Assembly: GCA_965202585.1 (NCBI GenBank)
Contig: OZ241832.1
Location: 23,312,001 to 23,376,000 of the forward strand
Direction of reading: 5' to 3'
Origin: Thalia democratica
Taxonomy: Eukaryota
DNA: 64,000 nt
Below are positions 1-13,553 of this stretch, one piece after another (within the stretch, counting starts at the first letter, position 1; every line of letters begins with the position of its first letter). The translations under genes were made by a program, and so were the position numbers. The notes under the pieces were generated by a model, which saw nothing but the letters and a program-made list of their open reading frames with translations, was not told the DNA's origin and made no database searches.

Positions 1-1388
1 TTAAAGTCCTAGTTTGATTTATGCGACTTTATAACCTTAATGCATTTCCTAAACACGACTTCTTGTTGTCGTTGAAGAAATAAACAAAAGTTTTTCATTA
101 CTGCTAACATAAATTCTTTAAAAAGTTGTCAATTACAAACGGTATCTCATTTTAAGTAATAAATTTTGCTACTTTATAACTTGCCTTAACAATTTTTTCT
201 GATCATTCTGTAGTTACTGAAGACAATCATGTGCTTTGTTGGAACTGACTTTGGTGATTTGTTTTTGATCGTTTCTCGCAATAACTCCTAACTAATGTTT
301 TTTTTTTGTAGCTCGTCTTATATTTTCCAATTACTATTTTTAAATCAAATATTCTTATTGCAGATAAATAGTTGCTATAATGCTTAATAAAAAATAAGTT
401 TTTCTACTTTCCTAATGACTCAATAAAGTGTTATACTTTTCTTAAATTTATTTAAGAAACTTAATTGTCTATTCCAGCTGACTTATATTTTTGGCATGTA
501 ATTTATTTACTCTTAACAACCTTCGTCATTTCTTTATGTTAAGAACTTTATTTTAACTGGGTTGCTACACAAAAAGGCAATTTCAAAAGCTTGAAAACTC
601 AGGTGTGAGTGAAACTTTTATTTCAAACACTTTAATGAAATCTTTTAATTCTCAGAATACTTTTTATGACTGTAGTGTAGTTTACTTATTGTAATTTTTT
701 CTTGTTTTCTTACACTTTTTGATAATGATGATATTTTAACTAGGTATTTAAGCTTTATTAACAATTATTTATCAGTTTTTTAATTTTTTATATTTTTAAT
801 TGTTTTAATTTTTTATATTTTTAATAAACTTAGGCTGGATTGATACAACTTAGACATTTTTTCTTTAAAAGTGGCAACCATGTAAAGGACTAATCACTAA
901 TAAGATATTTTATAAAGTGTTCCAGAATTAATTATGTTAAAGAATTTGTTCTAGCTTTCTGGAATACAGGTATTAATATTATTAAGTTAAATAATTACTA
1001 ATTTTTTTAATTAATATAAACTGTTTAACACGCAAAAACTTTTTTTGAAGTATATGTTCTGAGAAATATAAAAAAAGGGTTGATTTTATAACAATGTATA
1101 AGAGTAACCCAAAAATTATCTTTCAAGTTTGGTTTTTATAGAGAGTTAAGATGTAAGTAATATTACATAAGTATTAAGTTTAACTTATTAAGTGCTTATG
1201 AAAGTACATAGTGTCTTAACACTTAAGTATATTAGCCAATGTAAATTCTATTCTAACGAATACTAATTTAAATAAGCATTCTATATATACATAAAAGTCA
1301 TTTAAAATAATAAGGTGAATAAAAGTAAAATTGTTTTTCTAGTGTAATTAAAACTAAAATAAAAATATTATTCAAATGTCAAATAAAC

Positions 1389-1456
1389 TGCGGCCCGCGA
1401 AGACTTTGGAATTTTAAAATTTTGCCCGCGACCACCAACTGCCTGCCGACCCCTTG
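1389..1456 (+). mobile_element. Right-end fragment of a non-autonomous hAT (Charlie-like) element
   Basis: Two GCCCGCG motifs followed by terminal TGCCGACCCCT(T)G, the typical right TIR of CAGGGGTCGGCA-type hAT MITEs; no left end found. Confidence 0.5.
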
Positions 1457-1766
1457 TTTAATTATTAGTGATATTTTTTGCTCTAGGACTAAGTAGGAAT
1501 TTATTAATGATTTGAAATCAAGACGGTCAATCGACTTAACATACTTTTGCGGTTTGTTATATAGAATAACTGTTTTAATATCTAGGTTATACATAAAAAT
1601 CATTCTTTTTCACTTAATATAACAAAAGTATTTGATTTTTCTTAGTGTTTGTTTGAATTCCATTATCTTATTAGGTCTTTGAAAGTTAATAAAATAATAA
1701 TTTGTAAAAGTTACTAAAATAAAACTTAAAACAAACCTACTGTAAAACGTTAATACATTAGTCAGC
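1455..1766 (+). repeat. Direct duplicate of 57447-57753
   Basis: Collinear near-identical sequence, e.g. CTAGGACTAAGTAGGAATTTATTAATGAT...CAAGACGGTCAATCGAC, at both loci. Confidence 0.9.
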
Positions 1767-1772
1767 AAACAT

Positions 1773-2025
1773 TAGTGGTGTACCGGAACCGGATCCGGAC
1801 TTTTTTTTTAAATTAGGATCCGTCCGGAACGGAATCCGGATTTCTTTTCAAATTAGGATCCAGCCGGAACCGGACCCGGATATTTTTTTCATATCAAGAT
1901 CCAGCCGGATCCAGATATCAGACAAACATGGCAATATCCGGCTGGATCCAGACCCGGATAGTGAATCATATTATGAAAATTATGTTATATTATATATTTA
2001 TATCATAATAATTGGTCCAGCACTA
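1773..2025. mobile_element. Non-autonomous hAT/Ac-like element with CCGGA(T/A)CCGG subterminal repeats
   Basis: Imperfect 12-bp TIRs TAGTGGTGTACC ... GGTCCAGCACTA (10/12); internal cluster of CCGGAT/CCGGAA motifs; no 8-bp TSD recognisable; absent from the duplicate locus at ~57750. Confidence 0.55.
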
Positions 2026-2121
2026 AAAAAAGTAAAATCTAGAGAAATCTAGGGAAATTCATGATTTTTTCAATTTTATTTAGGGAAATTTAGGGCTTTT
2101 TATTTGGATATTTGCAAAAAT

Positions 2122-5100
2122 CTTTGTAGAAATTAGAGCAAACATATTTTATTTGTTTAATTCTAGATACTAAGTTTGTATTATGTCTGTTTATTTCAGT
2201 AATGTGTTTAACAACTTTAATATTTTAAATTTTGTAGTAAATAAATAACTTCAGCAGGGTTCGGCAAACGAAATTAAATAAGTATTGTTCGATATGTATT
2301 GATTTAAAATTTTGTTTTAATATTGCTAAGAACACGTGCTGGATAAAATTTAAATCAAATAAATTATTTTTAGGTTAAAAATATATTTAAATATTAATAA
2401 CCTTTCAATTCTAATATAATGTTAAAACTAAATCTGAATGAAACAGAAAGTAAAGTTTTGCAACTTAAAGTAATGACCTCAAACATATTTTAGAAAACTT
2501 CACTACTGGATATTAACACGTTTTTACAGTAATAAAAAAAAATTATCAACATATTAACAATTTACGTAATCAAATCTTATTTACTTTTTTTTGAACAAGC
2601 TGTGTTAGTACTGTTATATTAATGGCTAAAGTTTTACAAAAGTAAATATTCATTTTTTTAAAATTCGCTTACAAGTTTTTAATTACGTCAATAAACCTTG
2701 CTAAAGATATAAATAAAGTTAAATACAACATTGAAACAAAATATTCAACTTTATATTGCTTCCAAAACATCTATTTCGGTCAAGTATTCTAATGGTAGAA
2801 ATTTTTTTAATAAACCTAACTAAATATAACATTAAGTTAGTGATTTGCAAAAGGCATAACTTTTAATTTTGATCTTAACAGTTGGGTCATGTAAAAATCT
2901 TAACTTTTTGTTTTTCCAATTAAATTAAAAGCTTAAGTTTAATAGTTACTTTTAGACTTACTTAAGATGTTCTTGTTGAAAAACTTATATAAAAAGTTTC
3001 TTTTTTTTTTATAATAAGTTTGCAGCACTTATCTTTTGTTTATTAGTAAAATATTTAACCTTTTTAATCATAGTAAATTAAAAAGTAAGACAAAGTGAAA
3101 AATCATATTGATCATCAAAATATTTATCTAAAGTTTCTTCAAAAACACTGTTTTAAGCGTTAAGTAGTTTAAAATCTACCGAAAACATAAATGTAAAAAC
3201 ATATGATAAATAAAAAATAATATATTAATTATATTTTTTATGTAAGGACTTTTTATATAAATAGTTCAATTTCAAATAGTAAAATCTAACTCAAAAATTA
3301 ATGTTAAAACAAACTAATATTTATCTCGAGTATTTCCGATAAAGCGTGAAATATATCGTTTTTGTGACGTCATTAATAGTTCAAAACTTTTCTTAAGGTT
3401 TTAGTTCATATATAAACAAACTACAAAATACTACTCATAGTTTAATGCAAAATATAATAATATTTACTAATATTTTTACCACGTTTAATGCGTGGTTAAA
3501 AAACAAAGCTTAAAGGCTGATTAGTTTCGTTTACTTAGAACAAAGAATTAATGCTTTATAAAAAGTAAAAATAAAAAGTAAACGATACCATAAAGATAAT
3601 GAAATTTGAAGCTATGTCAATTAACACACCTAATTTCATTGTTTAATACATTTTAATATTTTTTTTATTAGTCGCTGTGAAACAAAGGTTTATTCGTTCT
3701 TAAATGGCAATCGATTAAAATTCTAAAACCTATCGAGGTTAAAAGTTTTACTTATAGTCACTTTTTTTTTAGTTTTAATGACACTTTTACTTTTATTCAG
3801 TTTTAGTTTTAGTTAAGCCTATAAGTTTTTTAAATTTTAGTTTTAGTTACACTAATATTTTATTCTGTTTTAGTTACAACGCCCTAGATAAAAATAATTA
3901 ACATTTTAGTACAAAATTAACCTTGAATAAAATATTTATGTCTAATTTAACGTACTCTCCATCATTCTCTTACTTTTTTTATAATCCATCACTTAAAGGT
4001 TTTCATTATCACTTATCATTTTAAAATAGAACCATAGAAAACAAAAGTAGGTCTATTTTTGGGCCTTTTTTGAAATCAGCCCACATATTTTGTTAGTTTA
4101 CAAAAATGTAATTATTTTCTTTATAAAACTTGAGTAGGTTATAATAGTTCTTTACTATTAGTTTTTTTAAATTTACAAACTTTTACTAAATACTTTTTGA
4201 AACCTGTTAAAACTTGGGAAACATTTGTAAAACTAGGCAGTACAGTTATCTTAAAAACTTTGAAACGTTTTTACAAGTACTCTTGGTGACTTAAAAATAC
4301 TATTCTGAAAAGAGTTAATTAAAGAGCAGTAATACAATTGTATATCATAAATATGATATTAAAATAAACTACAACAGAAAAATATATAGAGCATACTATT
4401 TATGAAGTACGCACTTGCGTAAGTTAAGCACTAAATTTCTAAAATTGTTTAATTTATACTAGTTTAACTAGAAGAGCAGTTATATAATTCTAATTAAATA
4501 ATGATTATTGTAACTATAACATAATTATTTTTGAACATATCAAGAACTTCTAAAATAGAGTGAAATAGACTGTAATTCAGTTTGTTATGACAGCGCCCTT
4601 AAAGTATTAGGCTGTATTAGCAATAGAAGAAGCCAAAAAATATATAGTGAAATTGACATGTCTGACGAAATATTATTTTTTAAGCAAATGTAGTTTAAAT
4701 TTATTTTTTATTAAAATTTTTCGATACAACCTGAAATAATATGAGCCGTAAGTATGTTAAATGAGTTAAGTTCCAAGAAGTATTGTTTTAAATATTTATT
4801 AATTATTAGTTTAAACATTTAAATTATTTAAAATTTAAGATTTAATGTTTACTTTTGAATTATTATCATAATAAAATAAGTTTTGCTGAATGATAAGTTT
4901 TACAAAATGTTAGCATTTTTCCTTGTAAAAAATTAATCATAACTGTTATACCACTGCGGTGCACTACAACAGCTGCGTTATTTATGAGTCTAAATTCTTA
5001 TGAAGTTCATGAATTACAAAAAAAAATTCTTATTGAGTTTTTCATCAAAGCCAGTACAAAATGATCTCTATGTACAGGAACCTGGCTATGTGTATTTGGT

Positions 5101-7734
5101 ACTCAAAAACTTGTTTAAATTTTCGAATACTACATAAGCATAGTTTAAAAACAAACAAATTAAGCAAGGAAACTAAGTATTTAAAGTATAAAGATAATAC
5201 ATTCTTTGTTTCTTCTTCTTTTCTTTTTATTTCAGGTGGTACACATGCACCAGTGTCCCTCCTCAGCCTACACCCCTGGTTTTAACGATTGTATTTTGAG
5301 CACTTTATGAAAATGAAAGAACGAAAATACTAAAAATAATCTATATTTAAAATATTATTTTTTATTTTAACTGATATTTTGCAGTATAACAACTTTTTTA
5401 AATTTCTCCACTAATATTGATTTAAAGTATTAAAGTCACTAGCTTAGGTATAAAAAAAAGTTATCATTAGCTGTATTTTATTATATAAGTTTTGATTTAA
5501 AATAACTTTGTTTATTTAAGCTAAGAACATGTGCTCGATAAATTCTAAATCAGAGAGCTTACTTATAGGTTAAAACTGTTTTTGAGTTTTAAAAAATTAT
5601 TCCATTGATTGTTAAACGTCCATTAATAAACATGAAAACTCATTGAGTTTCTATGTCTCCTTATTTCATTAAATTTAAAAAATCAAGTCTTATTTTAATT
5701 AAATTTATAAAATTATTTTACCTATTGCAGACTAAAGTACTGTAGTCAGTTGCAAAAATTTTAAAATCTATTTTTCATAATATGTATCTTATATAATTAT
5801 TAATGATCATAACTTGATTATTAATAAATTTTATTTATAGGATTATTAATGTTTGTTCCTTCACAATAGCAGAAATAATAAATACTGAAAGATTTTCTGT
5901 AACATAATTTCTGAATAAAAGTTAAAATACAGTGATTTACATACGTCAAGAATTGAGTTGTAATTTTCCGCATTAAAAACATTAATGTAGATAAATAAAT
6001 AACTTTATTGTAAATTAACTAAAATAGTTAAGCATTTTAAATTACTTATATTTGTAACTACTTGGTTATTTGAATAAGAAATAAATCAAAATATACTATT
6101 TTTTATCTGAAGGCTCTTAATAAAGTCAGTTGTATCTAGAAGAGCTATTAGTAAGAGATTAAAATTAGTTAGCATTTAGGGTAGAGTGTTGTTTTTACTT
6201 CAAATAAAGTTTAAGTTTTAAATAAAATTTATGATCTTAATTTTTAGTAATTTTGTATTAAGTTTGTTAAGTGTATTAAGGTTACTAAAGGGGAACTTAT
6301 TTAATATTACTGTTCAGTATTTTTTTTTTCTAAAACTTTGTACAAAATTGTTTTTATGTTTAAGATTTGACACTAAAGAAATTTGTCAAAAGTTATTATA
6401 AAGTATATGGTAAAATTTTTGCTCTCTTATAGCTCAGAATCTAAATAGTATAGCCTTTTTATAGTAATTATGTGCTTATTAAAGGTTGAACGTCAATATA
6501 CTTAATAAAATAAAAAAGGATAAAGGTAGACTGCCTCTTTTGATTACAAAAACCAGACATGATTGAAAATTTTACTAAACCGAAATTGTAAAAACGGTTT
6601 AAACTACCAAAAAAATCAGTCTCAGACTCTCACTATAGTCTTTATTTTATTGAATAAGAATTTAGAATGTTTGTTTTTTAATAAACAAAAGATCTTTTTG
6701 AATGTTTGTAAAATACTGAGACTGATTTTTTTGATGGTTCTTATTTTTTTTTATATTTGTTTATTCAATATACTTTATATTTTGAATTTTACTTTAATGC
6801 AGGCTAACAAAAATATCGTTTAGCATTAAATAGTGGAAATTTTGTTCAGATGTAATAAAGTTTTTACTAATACAGTCAAGCAAATTTAAGATTTTAGTAG
6901 TTAGAACTCGTTAAGAAACAAAAATAATCTGAAAATGAACATTAGCTGTATACTATTAGCAATATCAGTTTTATCTAAATTAGGTTGAGGAACAATCTGT
7001 TGGTTAATATAATTTAGGGTTGCTCTATCCGATGGTTTTTAAATCTTTTTCATAATTTCAAATGTTAATGTTTGTATTTTAAGTATGTTAGGAAAATATA
7101 AATGTAAAGTAGATTTGTGTTCAGTTGACAATTTTTTTTTGAAATTCAATGTATTAAAACAATTTTATTATATATTTTTTTTTGATATTTTATTTCTACC
7201 TATACCAAATTCAAGTACTAAAATCTGTTGTAAAGACTAAAAAAGTTCATTTAAATTATCAGCTTTATTTTCATGGTCTAATGCTTGTTAAAATTTTGCC
7301 TTATTATAAGTAAAATTCAATGCTTTAAAAATACAATAATGAATAAAACTTTTTTTTTATAAAAACTAATGAGGAAAAAAAAAACTTACACTATTTTTAT
7401 TTTAAGATAGTTTGAGTCAGTTCTTTTCTTGTTCTGAATTAAAAAGAGAGACAAAAGAAGATGAGAGAACATTTTTATCACTAGTGGGTGCTCTTATTTT
7501 CTTCTAGCCGAGGTTCGTAACTTTAGAATATAATAAGACACATCTTCAAAGTGTTATTCATAGATAGTGACAGCATCCAAAGATAGCAAGAAAGTAGTAA
7601 AGGACGTCCCAGCTAAGGTAGCTAAAGAAAAGTGCAGGTTTCATTGTAAGGAAAGCTTTATCATCAACTTGTACAAAGTACTCAAGCAAGTACACCATGA
7701 TACTGGAATCCTCAGCAAAGCTATAAACATCATA
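2122..7734 (+). repeat. Segmental duplication copy A (copy B at 58616-64000)
   Basis: Collinear direct match over >5.4 kb, roughly 90% identical by eye, with indels (e.g. ~6310-6525 and ~6985-7040 missing in copy B). Confidence 0.95.
7567..7734 (+). pseudogene. H2B: Histone H2B pseudogene 1 (N-terminal half only)
   Basis: Translates [56 protein letters not shown], matching H2[27 protein letters not shown]; start codon is GTG; homology stops after AINII. Confidence 0.9.
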
Positions 7735-8379
7735 GATTATTTAGAGGTAGGAGCTGATATTAATCTAAATCAGAATTGTGTTTATTTAGCAAAGATTTTC
7801 TTTATTTAGTAAGTTTATGAAATTTTATTGAATACTTTTATAATAGTTTTACACCTGTATTAAATTTAGGTACTAAAATCTTTTGTAAAGATAGAAAAAG
7901 TTCATTTTCATCATTAGTTCTATTTTATTTATTTTGCGGAGTTGGCATTTTTTTTTAAATCGATGTATTAGAAACAATTTTATTACATTTATTTGAATAA
8001 GTTTATTCCCACCTATATAAAATTTTTGTACTAAAGTCTTTTCTAATAAATAAAAAAGTTCATTTTAACCATTAGCTTAAATTTAGTAGTCTAATACTTA
8101 ATAAAATTTTGCTTTAATATAGGGTAAAATTCAATGCTATAACTATACAATAGTGAATGAAATTTTTTTTAATAAGAATTAATGTGGAAAATAAAAAAAT
8201 TATACTATTTTATATAAAGATAACTGGTATAAGTTCTATTCTAGTTTTGACTTAAAACGAGAGAAAAGTGAAGATGAGAGAACATTTTTGTCACTAGTAG
8301 GCGCTCTTATTTTCTTCTAGCAGAGGTTTGTAACTATAGAATATATTGAGACACATCTTCAAATTCTTATTCATAGACA

Positions 8380-8545
8380 TTAGCAGCATCTAAGGGTAGC
8401 AAGAAAGTGGTAAAGGACGTCCCAGCTAAGGTAGCTAAAAAAAGTGCAGGTTTCATTGTAAGGAAAGCTTCAGCATTAACGTGTACAAAGTGTTCATGCA
8501 AGTACACCCTGATACTGGATTTCCAGCAAAGATTTGAGCATCATA
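8380..8545 (+). pseudogene. H2B: Histone H2B pseudogene 2
   Basis: Same sequence as copy 1; ATG replaced by TTA, 1-nt deletion in an A-run, truncated at the same point. Confidence 0.9.
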
Positions 8546-8961
8546 GAGTATTTAGAAGTAGGAGCTGAAGGTTAAAAAAATTTAGAGCAGCACTGTGTGT
8601 TAGATTAGCAAAGATCTATTTTATTAAATGAGTTAATGAATTTTTATTAAACAATTTTATAAATGTTTTTCATCTATATCAAAATTAGGTACTAAAATTT
8701 GTTGTAAAGATAGAAAAAAATCATTTTCATCATTAGCTTTGTTTTATACAGTTTTTAATTTTAGAAAAAATTGCCATTTTGTAATTAAAAATATTACAAT
8801 GAATATCAAAAAAAAAATGTTTAATTATAACTAAAGTAATTTTAGCCATTTTTTAAGGAGACAACATATTTTATCACTTGTGGGCGCTCTTATTTTTATT
8901 AGCTGAGGTTCGTAAATATTGGATAAAGTTAGACACATTTTGCAAAACTTGTTCATTGACA

Positions 8962-9246
8962 ATAGCGGCATCCAAAGGTAGCAAGAAAGTAGTTAAGGAC
9001 GTTCCAGCTTAAGGTAGCTAAAACAAAGTGTAGGTCTCATTGTAAGGAAAGCTTTAGTATCAACGTGTACAAATTTTTCAAGCAAGTACACCTTAATTAC
9101 TTGATTTTCAAGCGAGGCCTTGAACATCATGAAGTCTTTTGTCAACGATATGTTCGAGCGCATTGCCACCAAAGCTACACATTTGGCTCACTACAACAAG
9201 CTTATAACCATAAGCAGTCGCAAAAATTAAATATGGTGTTCGTCTA
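8962..9246 (+). pseudogene. H2B: Histone H2B pseudogene 3 (longest copy)
   Basis: With frameshifts reads ...[16 protein letters not shown]...[37 protein letters not shown]...VRL; start codon is ATA; C-terminal helix missing. Confidence 0.92.
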
Positions 9247-9662
9247 AGAAAGCTGTGTGGTCTATCTTATTCAAAAATTCAAAACTTTAGGGTGTCAATT
9301 TTCTATTCAAAAATAGATTACTTTGATAAAATAGGATAAATGAATTTTAAGTTAAATAACCATTGATATTTGCTGTAGGCAGTTGGTAATATCAATTGTT
9401 TGTAGATGAGCTAGCAATAAGAACCTAGTTTTAATTAACTATTAAGGGTAGATTTTTATTTATTTAAAGTCAAGCTAGACAGACTAAAATGTTTTAGCTA
9501 TTATGCATTTTCTTTTTTTTTTATTCTTAAGTTATTGTCAAACGACTAAAATCCTATCTTTTAACTGCTATTTAATTAAATTTTCTTCCATATCTTATTG
9601 CATTTAGTGTTTGTTTGTATTGTAACTAGTTTAATAATTCAGATACTTAAATAAAACAAAAT

Positions 9663-11269
9663 ATGGAAAACGTTTTGAGACTAACCATTGGAAAGAATAA
9701 CATTGATGAAGGTTTATTAAAGGCACTTCTAATAAGCATGTGGCCAAAAATCGAGAAAGTTAACATTACTCAAAAGGCCAGTTATGTGGTATTTTCAACT
9801 GTTGAAGAAGCAAAACTAATGCTGGAGTCAAAATCAATGATTCTTGAGGGTTACTGTGTAAAAGTGGAGAAGCTGGATAGAAAGACAAAAAAAACATTTC
9901 AAAATTTTAAGTAATGTTGCCCCTTCTAACAATAAATGTGACACGCTATCAAAAGAACTTACCTGTTTACAAACGCAGAATGAAACAGAGACTGCTCCTG
10001 ACAAAAGTAACCAAAACAATAATAAAAAGAAACGTACCTACTCATCGGTAAGCATTTATATGATACATTAAAGTATAACAAAGTAAAATAAAACATCATA
10101 AAACTGTTTGTAATCTTAATTCTTTACAGTTTTTTAAGTCTATATAGTCTATGACTTAGGTTAAAATATTAGAAACAGACTAAAAATTTATAATATTATA
10201 TTTAGCATTTAGTAACGCTTAACACTGTCTTATATACAATAGAAATAGTAGTATAATTAACTTTAATTTATTAAACTATTTATCTTTACAGATATTACAA
10301 AACTATACTAAAATAATGACAACACCCAAAATAAAGAATAGACGTATAAGTAAAAACTATACTCAGTTGTTTTCAAAATTAAAAACAAACAAGTATCTTG
10401 AAGAAATCGAAACATCAAAATGGTTGAAATGTTTAAACAACTCAATGAAACAACATACTTGGCACCAAAATGTTATGCAAAGTTTTGTTAAAAAAGACCA
10501 ATTTGCTTCGATTCAAATGAGTTGCAGTGATCTTTGGTCAATAGCAAACGAACAAAGCTACATAGAAGATCCTGTTTTAGACGCAGTCCTAAACGACAGT
10601 TTTAAGGATCACAAACTAATAGGGTTTATTGAAACAAGTGTTTTCAATGCAATTGAAAACCCTTACTTCAGTGAAACGACTGTGACTCCTTTCAAAAATG
10701 ATAAAGACGCGTACGTTGCCGTCAAGAACATAAACAACAATCACTGGATATTTGTTTTCCTCAACTTTTTAAACAAAACGCTTTATGTTGTGGATCCAAG
10801 GCGGAATGATGAGCAGATAGAAATAGCAAGAAAAGTTATGAAAGCTTTTAAACAAGTGCACCATAACGAAATCAATGCAAGTGAAACATCGAAATGGAAC
10901 TTTATGAGCGATGAATGGAACTTTGATTGTATTCAGCACAATATTCAAAGAGATTTTGTCAACTGCGGTATTTATTGTATGGAATACGCTTTGAAAGTTA
11001 AAAATGATTTTCCTAATAAACCTTCGTACTTACTCGTTGAAAGTAACTTTAATGATAAAAGGCAGTTTTATACCGCAATGTTACTAAACGTTTCAAAACC
11101 AAAGCTTAAAGTCGATAATGAAACAATAAAAGAAGAAGAAGAAGAATTTATTGAACATCCTTATTATGTGAGTAAAAGTTTAGATGAAGACGGATCAGGA
11201 TTGGTTATAAGATTAAGAAGAAAAAAAACTTGTAAAAAGAAAGTAGAATCTGAAAGAGATATTTTTTAA
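9663..11269 (+). CDS. Two-exon gene: N-terminal RRM-like domain + Ulp1/SENP-family (C48) cysteine protease, with one apparent 1-nt frameshift
   Basis: Exon 1 9663-10047 (RRM-like SYVVFSTVEEAK...ILEGYCVKVE; frame shifts in the A8 run at 9887-9894), phase-0 GTAAGC...TTTACAG intron 10048-10291, exon 2 10292-11269 open for 325 codons with His (NNHWIFV), Asp (YVVDP), Gln/Cys (QRDFVNCGIY); AATAAA at 11323. Confidence 0.8.
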
Positions 11270-11581
11270 CTGGTTTATTTTATTATGTTTTATGAAACTT
11301 AATTTTTACTCATTTTCGCTACAATAAACAAAACAATTTACCAAAATAAACAATACTTGTTTTTTTATACACGTGTTGTTTTTTACAGTTATACAAAGAA
11401 TTGCACGACATAAAGTATTTTGTTTGGGTTTATTAAACGGGTAGTCAAATGTTTTAGAAAAAAAATAAGATTAAACTTAAAACTAGAGCTATAGCTATAC
11501 TTAATCTAGCTAACTTTTCAATCTACTAGATACCAGTAGCGACGCGGGGTAGTTTTGATAGGGTTGCGAAAATAATTTCAA

Positions 11582-11826
11582 AGAAAATTTATAACAAGAG
11601 CTAGAAGTTCAACTGCTTTAAAAATGATTGGCGCTCAGAAGTGTCCAGTATACTTAAAACTTCCTTACTTTGGAAATATTTCTGAGAGGTTTTCTAAGAA
11701 AATTTCAGAGGAAATAAGCCAAGTTTTCAGCTCTGTTCATTTAAGAACAGTTTTTATACTGATAGACCTCTAAATGGAATTTACAAAGATGTTTCTCCCA
11801 CCCATAAAAAAAGTAACATTATTTAG
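11582..11826 (+). mobile_element. Penelope-like retroelement fragment (region between RT and GIY-YIG)
   Basis: Translates KCPVYLKLPYFGNISERFSKKI...VHLRTVF-(frameshift)-TDRPLNGIYKDVSPTHKKSNII*, the PLE linker motif upstream of the GIY-YIG endonuclease. Confidence 0.75.
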
Positions 11827-13553
11827 TAAGTTACTGGACGAAAAATAATGTTTAAAACTTATGCAAAAAATTGTTTTCTAAAAATTCCTACGTATTGCAT
11901 GTAAGATACTGCTGGCTCCTGTTGTATTATTTTTTATTAATTTTTAAAATTTAATATTTAATCTTTAATGATTCAACGTATTTAAAAGTTTAGATTTTAA
12001 ATTCATCAACAGACAAAATCTTAGAAAAGTTTATTTTATTATTTATTTGTTAGTAAAATTTGAAGTCAGAAAGCCGTATCTAAAAATATAAACAATAAAA
12101 TAAACTTGAAAAAAGTATAGAAATGATAGTTTCTAAGAAAATAAAGTTAAGTAGTAGCATTTAAGAAGCTTATAGTGTTTCAACATCTTGATATTAAAAT
12201 TAAATATAAAAGTCAAAGAAACAAAAGCACTCAATAGCTTTAAAATAACTAAGTAACTTACATAGTAGTTAATGACTAACTAAAATATTTACAGTTTTGT
12301 TTTCAAATTGACTCATATACTTTCTAAAAATTTCTAAAACAAAACAAAAACTAAATTATCACGGTATTGCGTTTTATAATGGTAAAGAAAAAAAAAGTTT
12401 TGCAAAATGGTTTAAATTTCAGTTATTTTACAATAAACAACTCAAAGTCAAGTAAGAAGAAGTTTTTAGTTCAAATTTTAATTAGAAATTTAAGGGATCT
12501 AGTTAAATAACATAATCTGTTATAAATTTAAAAAAATTGTTGGTTAAAAACAATTTAAGCTAGCAGAATATATTAAAGTATACATTTAGGCAACTGTCTG
12601 CCATTATTATTTAGTGTTGCTTATTTGAGTGATTTTTTAAGGACAAAGTTAGTAAAGAAGTAAATACTAACTAGTCTAGTTAGTGTAATCTAACAAAATT
12701 ATATTTATATTTATATATATATTTATAATAATATTTTAAACCTCCGGACCTATATTTTTGAACGTTTTTTTTTGTCGTTTAGTAAATCAATATAATAATA
12801 ATGCATTGTTTAATTGCTTGTATAAATTTATATAAATTGCTCGTGCATAGATTTATACTCTTATTGTTACTACCGGTTGCTTATTTTCAAACTCATTATT
12901 AGCGTTTATTTAATGGGATTTAAAAACTATATTAAATTTTTTGCAAGTTTTTAGTATAACCTTGTAGATATATAAGTTACTAAACTAAGAAAGTTAACAA
13001 ATAAGTTTTTCCTTAAAGTAAGAATTACGATACTATCTAACTGAGTCAATTTACATTAGCCAATATAAAGGAAGCTTAATGTGATTTATACGAATATAAA
13101 ATATATTTGACGGAACTATCGACAATTTAATTTTTTAATAGAGAATATTTGGTCAATGCGAGTTTTATAATAAGTAGAGCCTACAAATAAAAAAGTTAAA
13201 TCTAACCTACAAACGTTATTTATTAAACAGTTAAACAAATGTAAACACTTTAATGTATTATCTTTAGACTTTTTGTCTGAAAATTAATCTTAAGCGTACA
13301 ATCAAGTCAGATTTCTAAACAATTGTATGAACTTTCGGTTAAATATGAATAGGAAGTTTTAATAAACCAATCTAAGTAAACATTTACAGAAAGATGACAA
13401 GTTTTCTACAATTTTTTCTGCAAATTTTATTCACGAACAAAAGTAGTGCAGTAACACAGACACCAATTTATAATAGAACTCAACAAATTCACATCTCAAC
13501 AAAGCAGATTGAAACAGAACAAAATAAAGTGCGTTCACAGACTTGATACCAGT

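Larger units (their letters stand above)
7100..9250 (+). repeat. Tandem array (~2.7 units, 0.6-0.8 kb) each carrying an H2B pseudogene
   Basis: Recurring anchors GAGAGAACATTTTT.TCACTAGTGGGCGCTCTT (7463, ~8277, ~8860) and H2B starts at 7567, 8380, 8962. Confidence 0.9.

Noticed and set aside
5061-5285. 74/72-aa ORF open in both duplicate copies (also 61580-61798)
   Set aside because: Conservation is explained by the segmental duplication; low-complexity AT-rich codons; its end runs through an hAT-type TIR (CTACACCCCTG)
7567-7809. Functional 80-aa H2B variant ORF
   Set aside because: GTG start, histone fold truncated after the first half, and the C-terminus derives from unrelated repeat sequence
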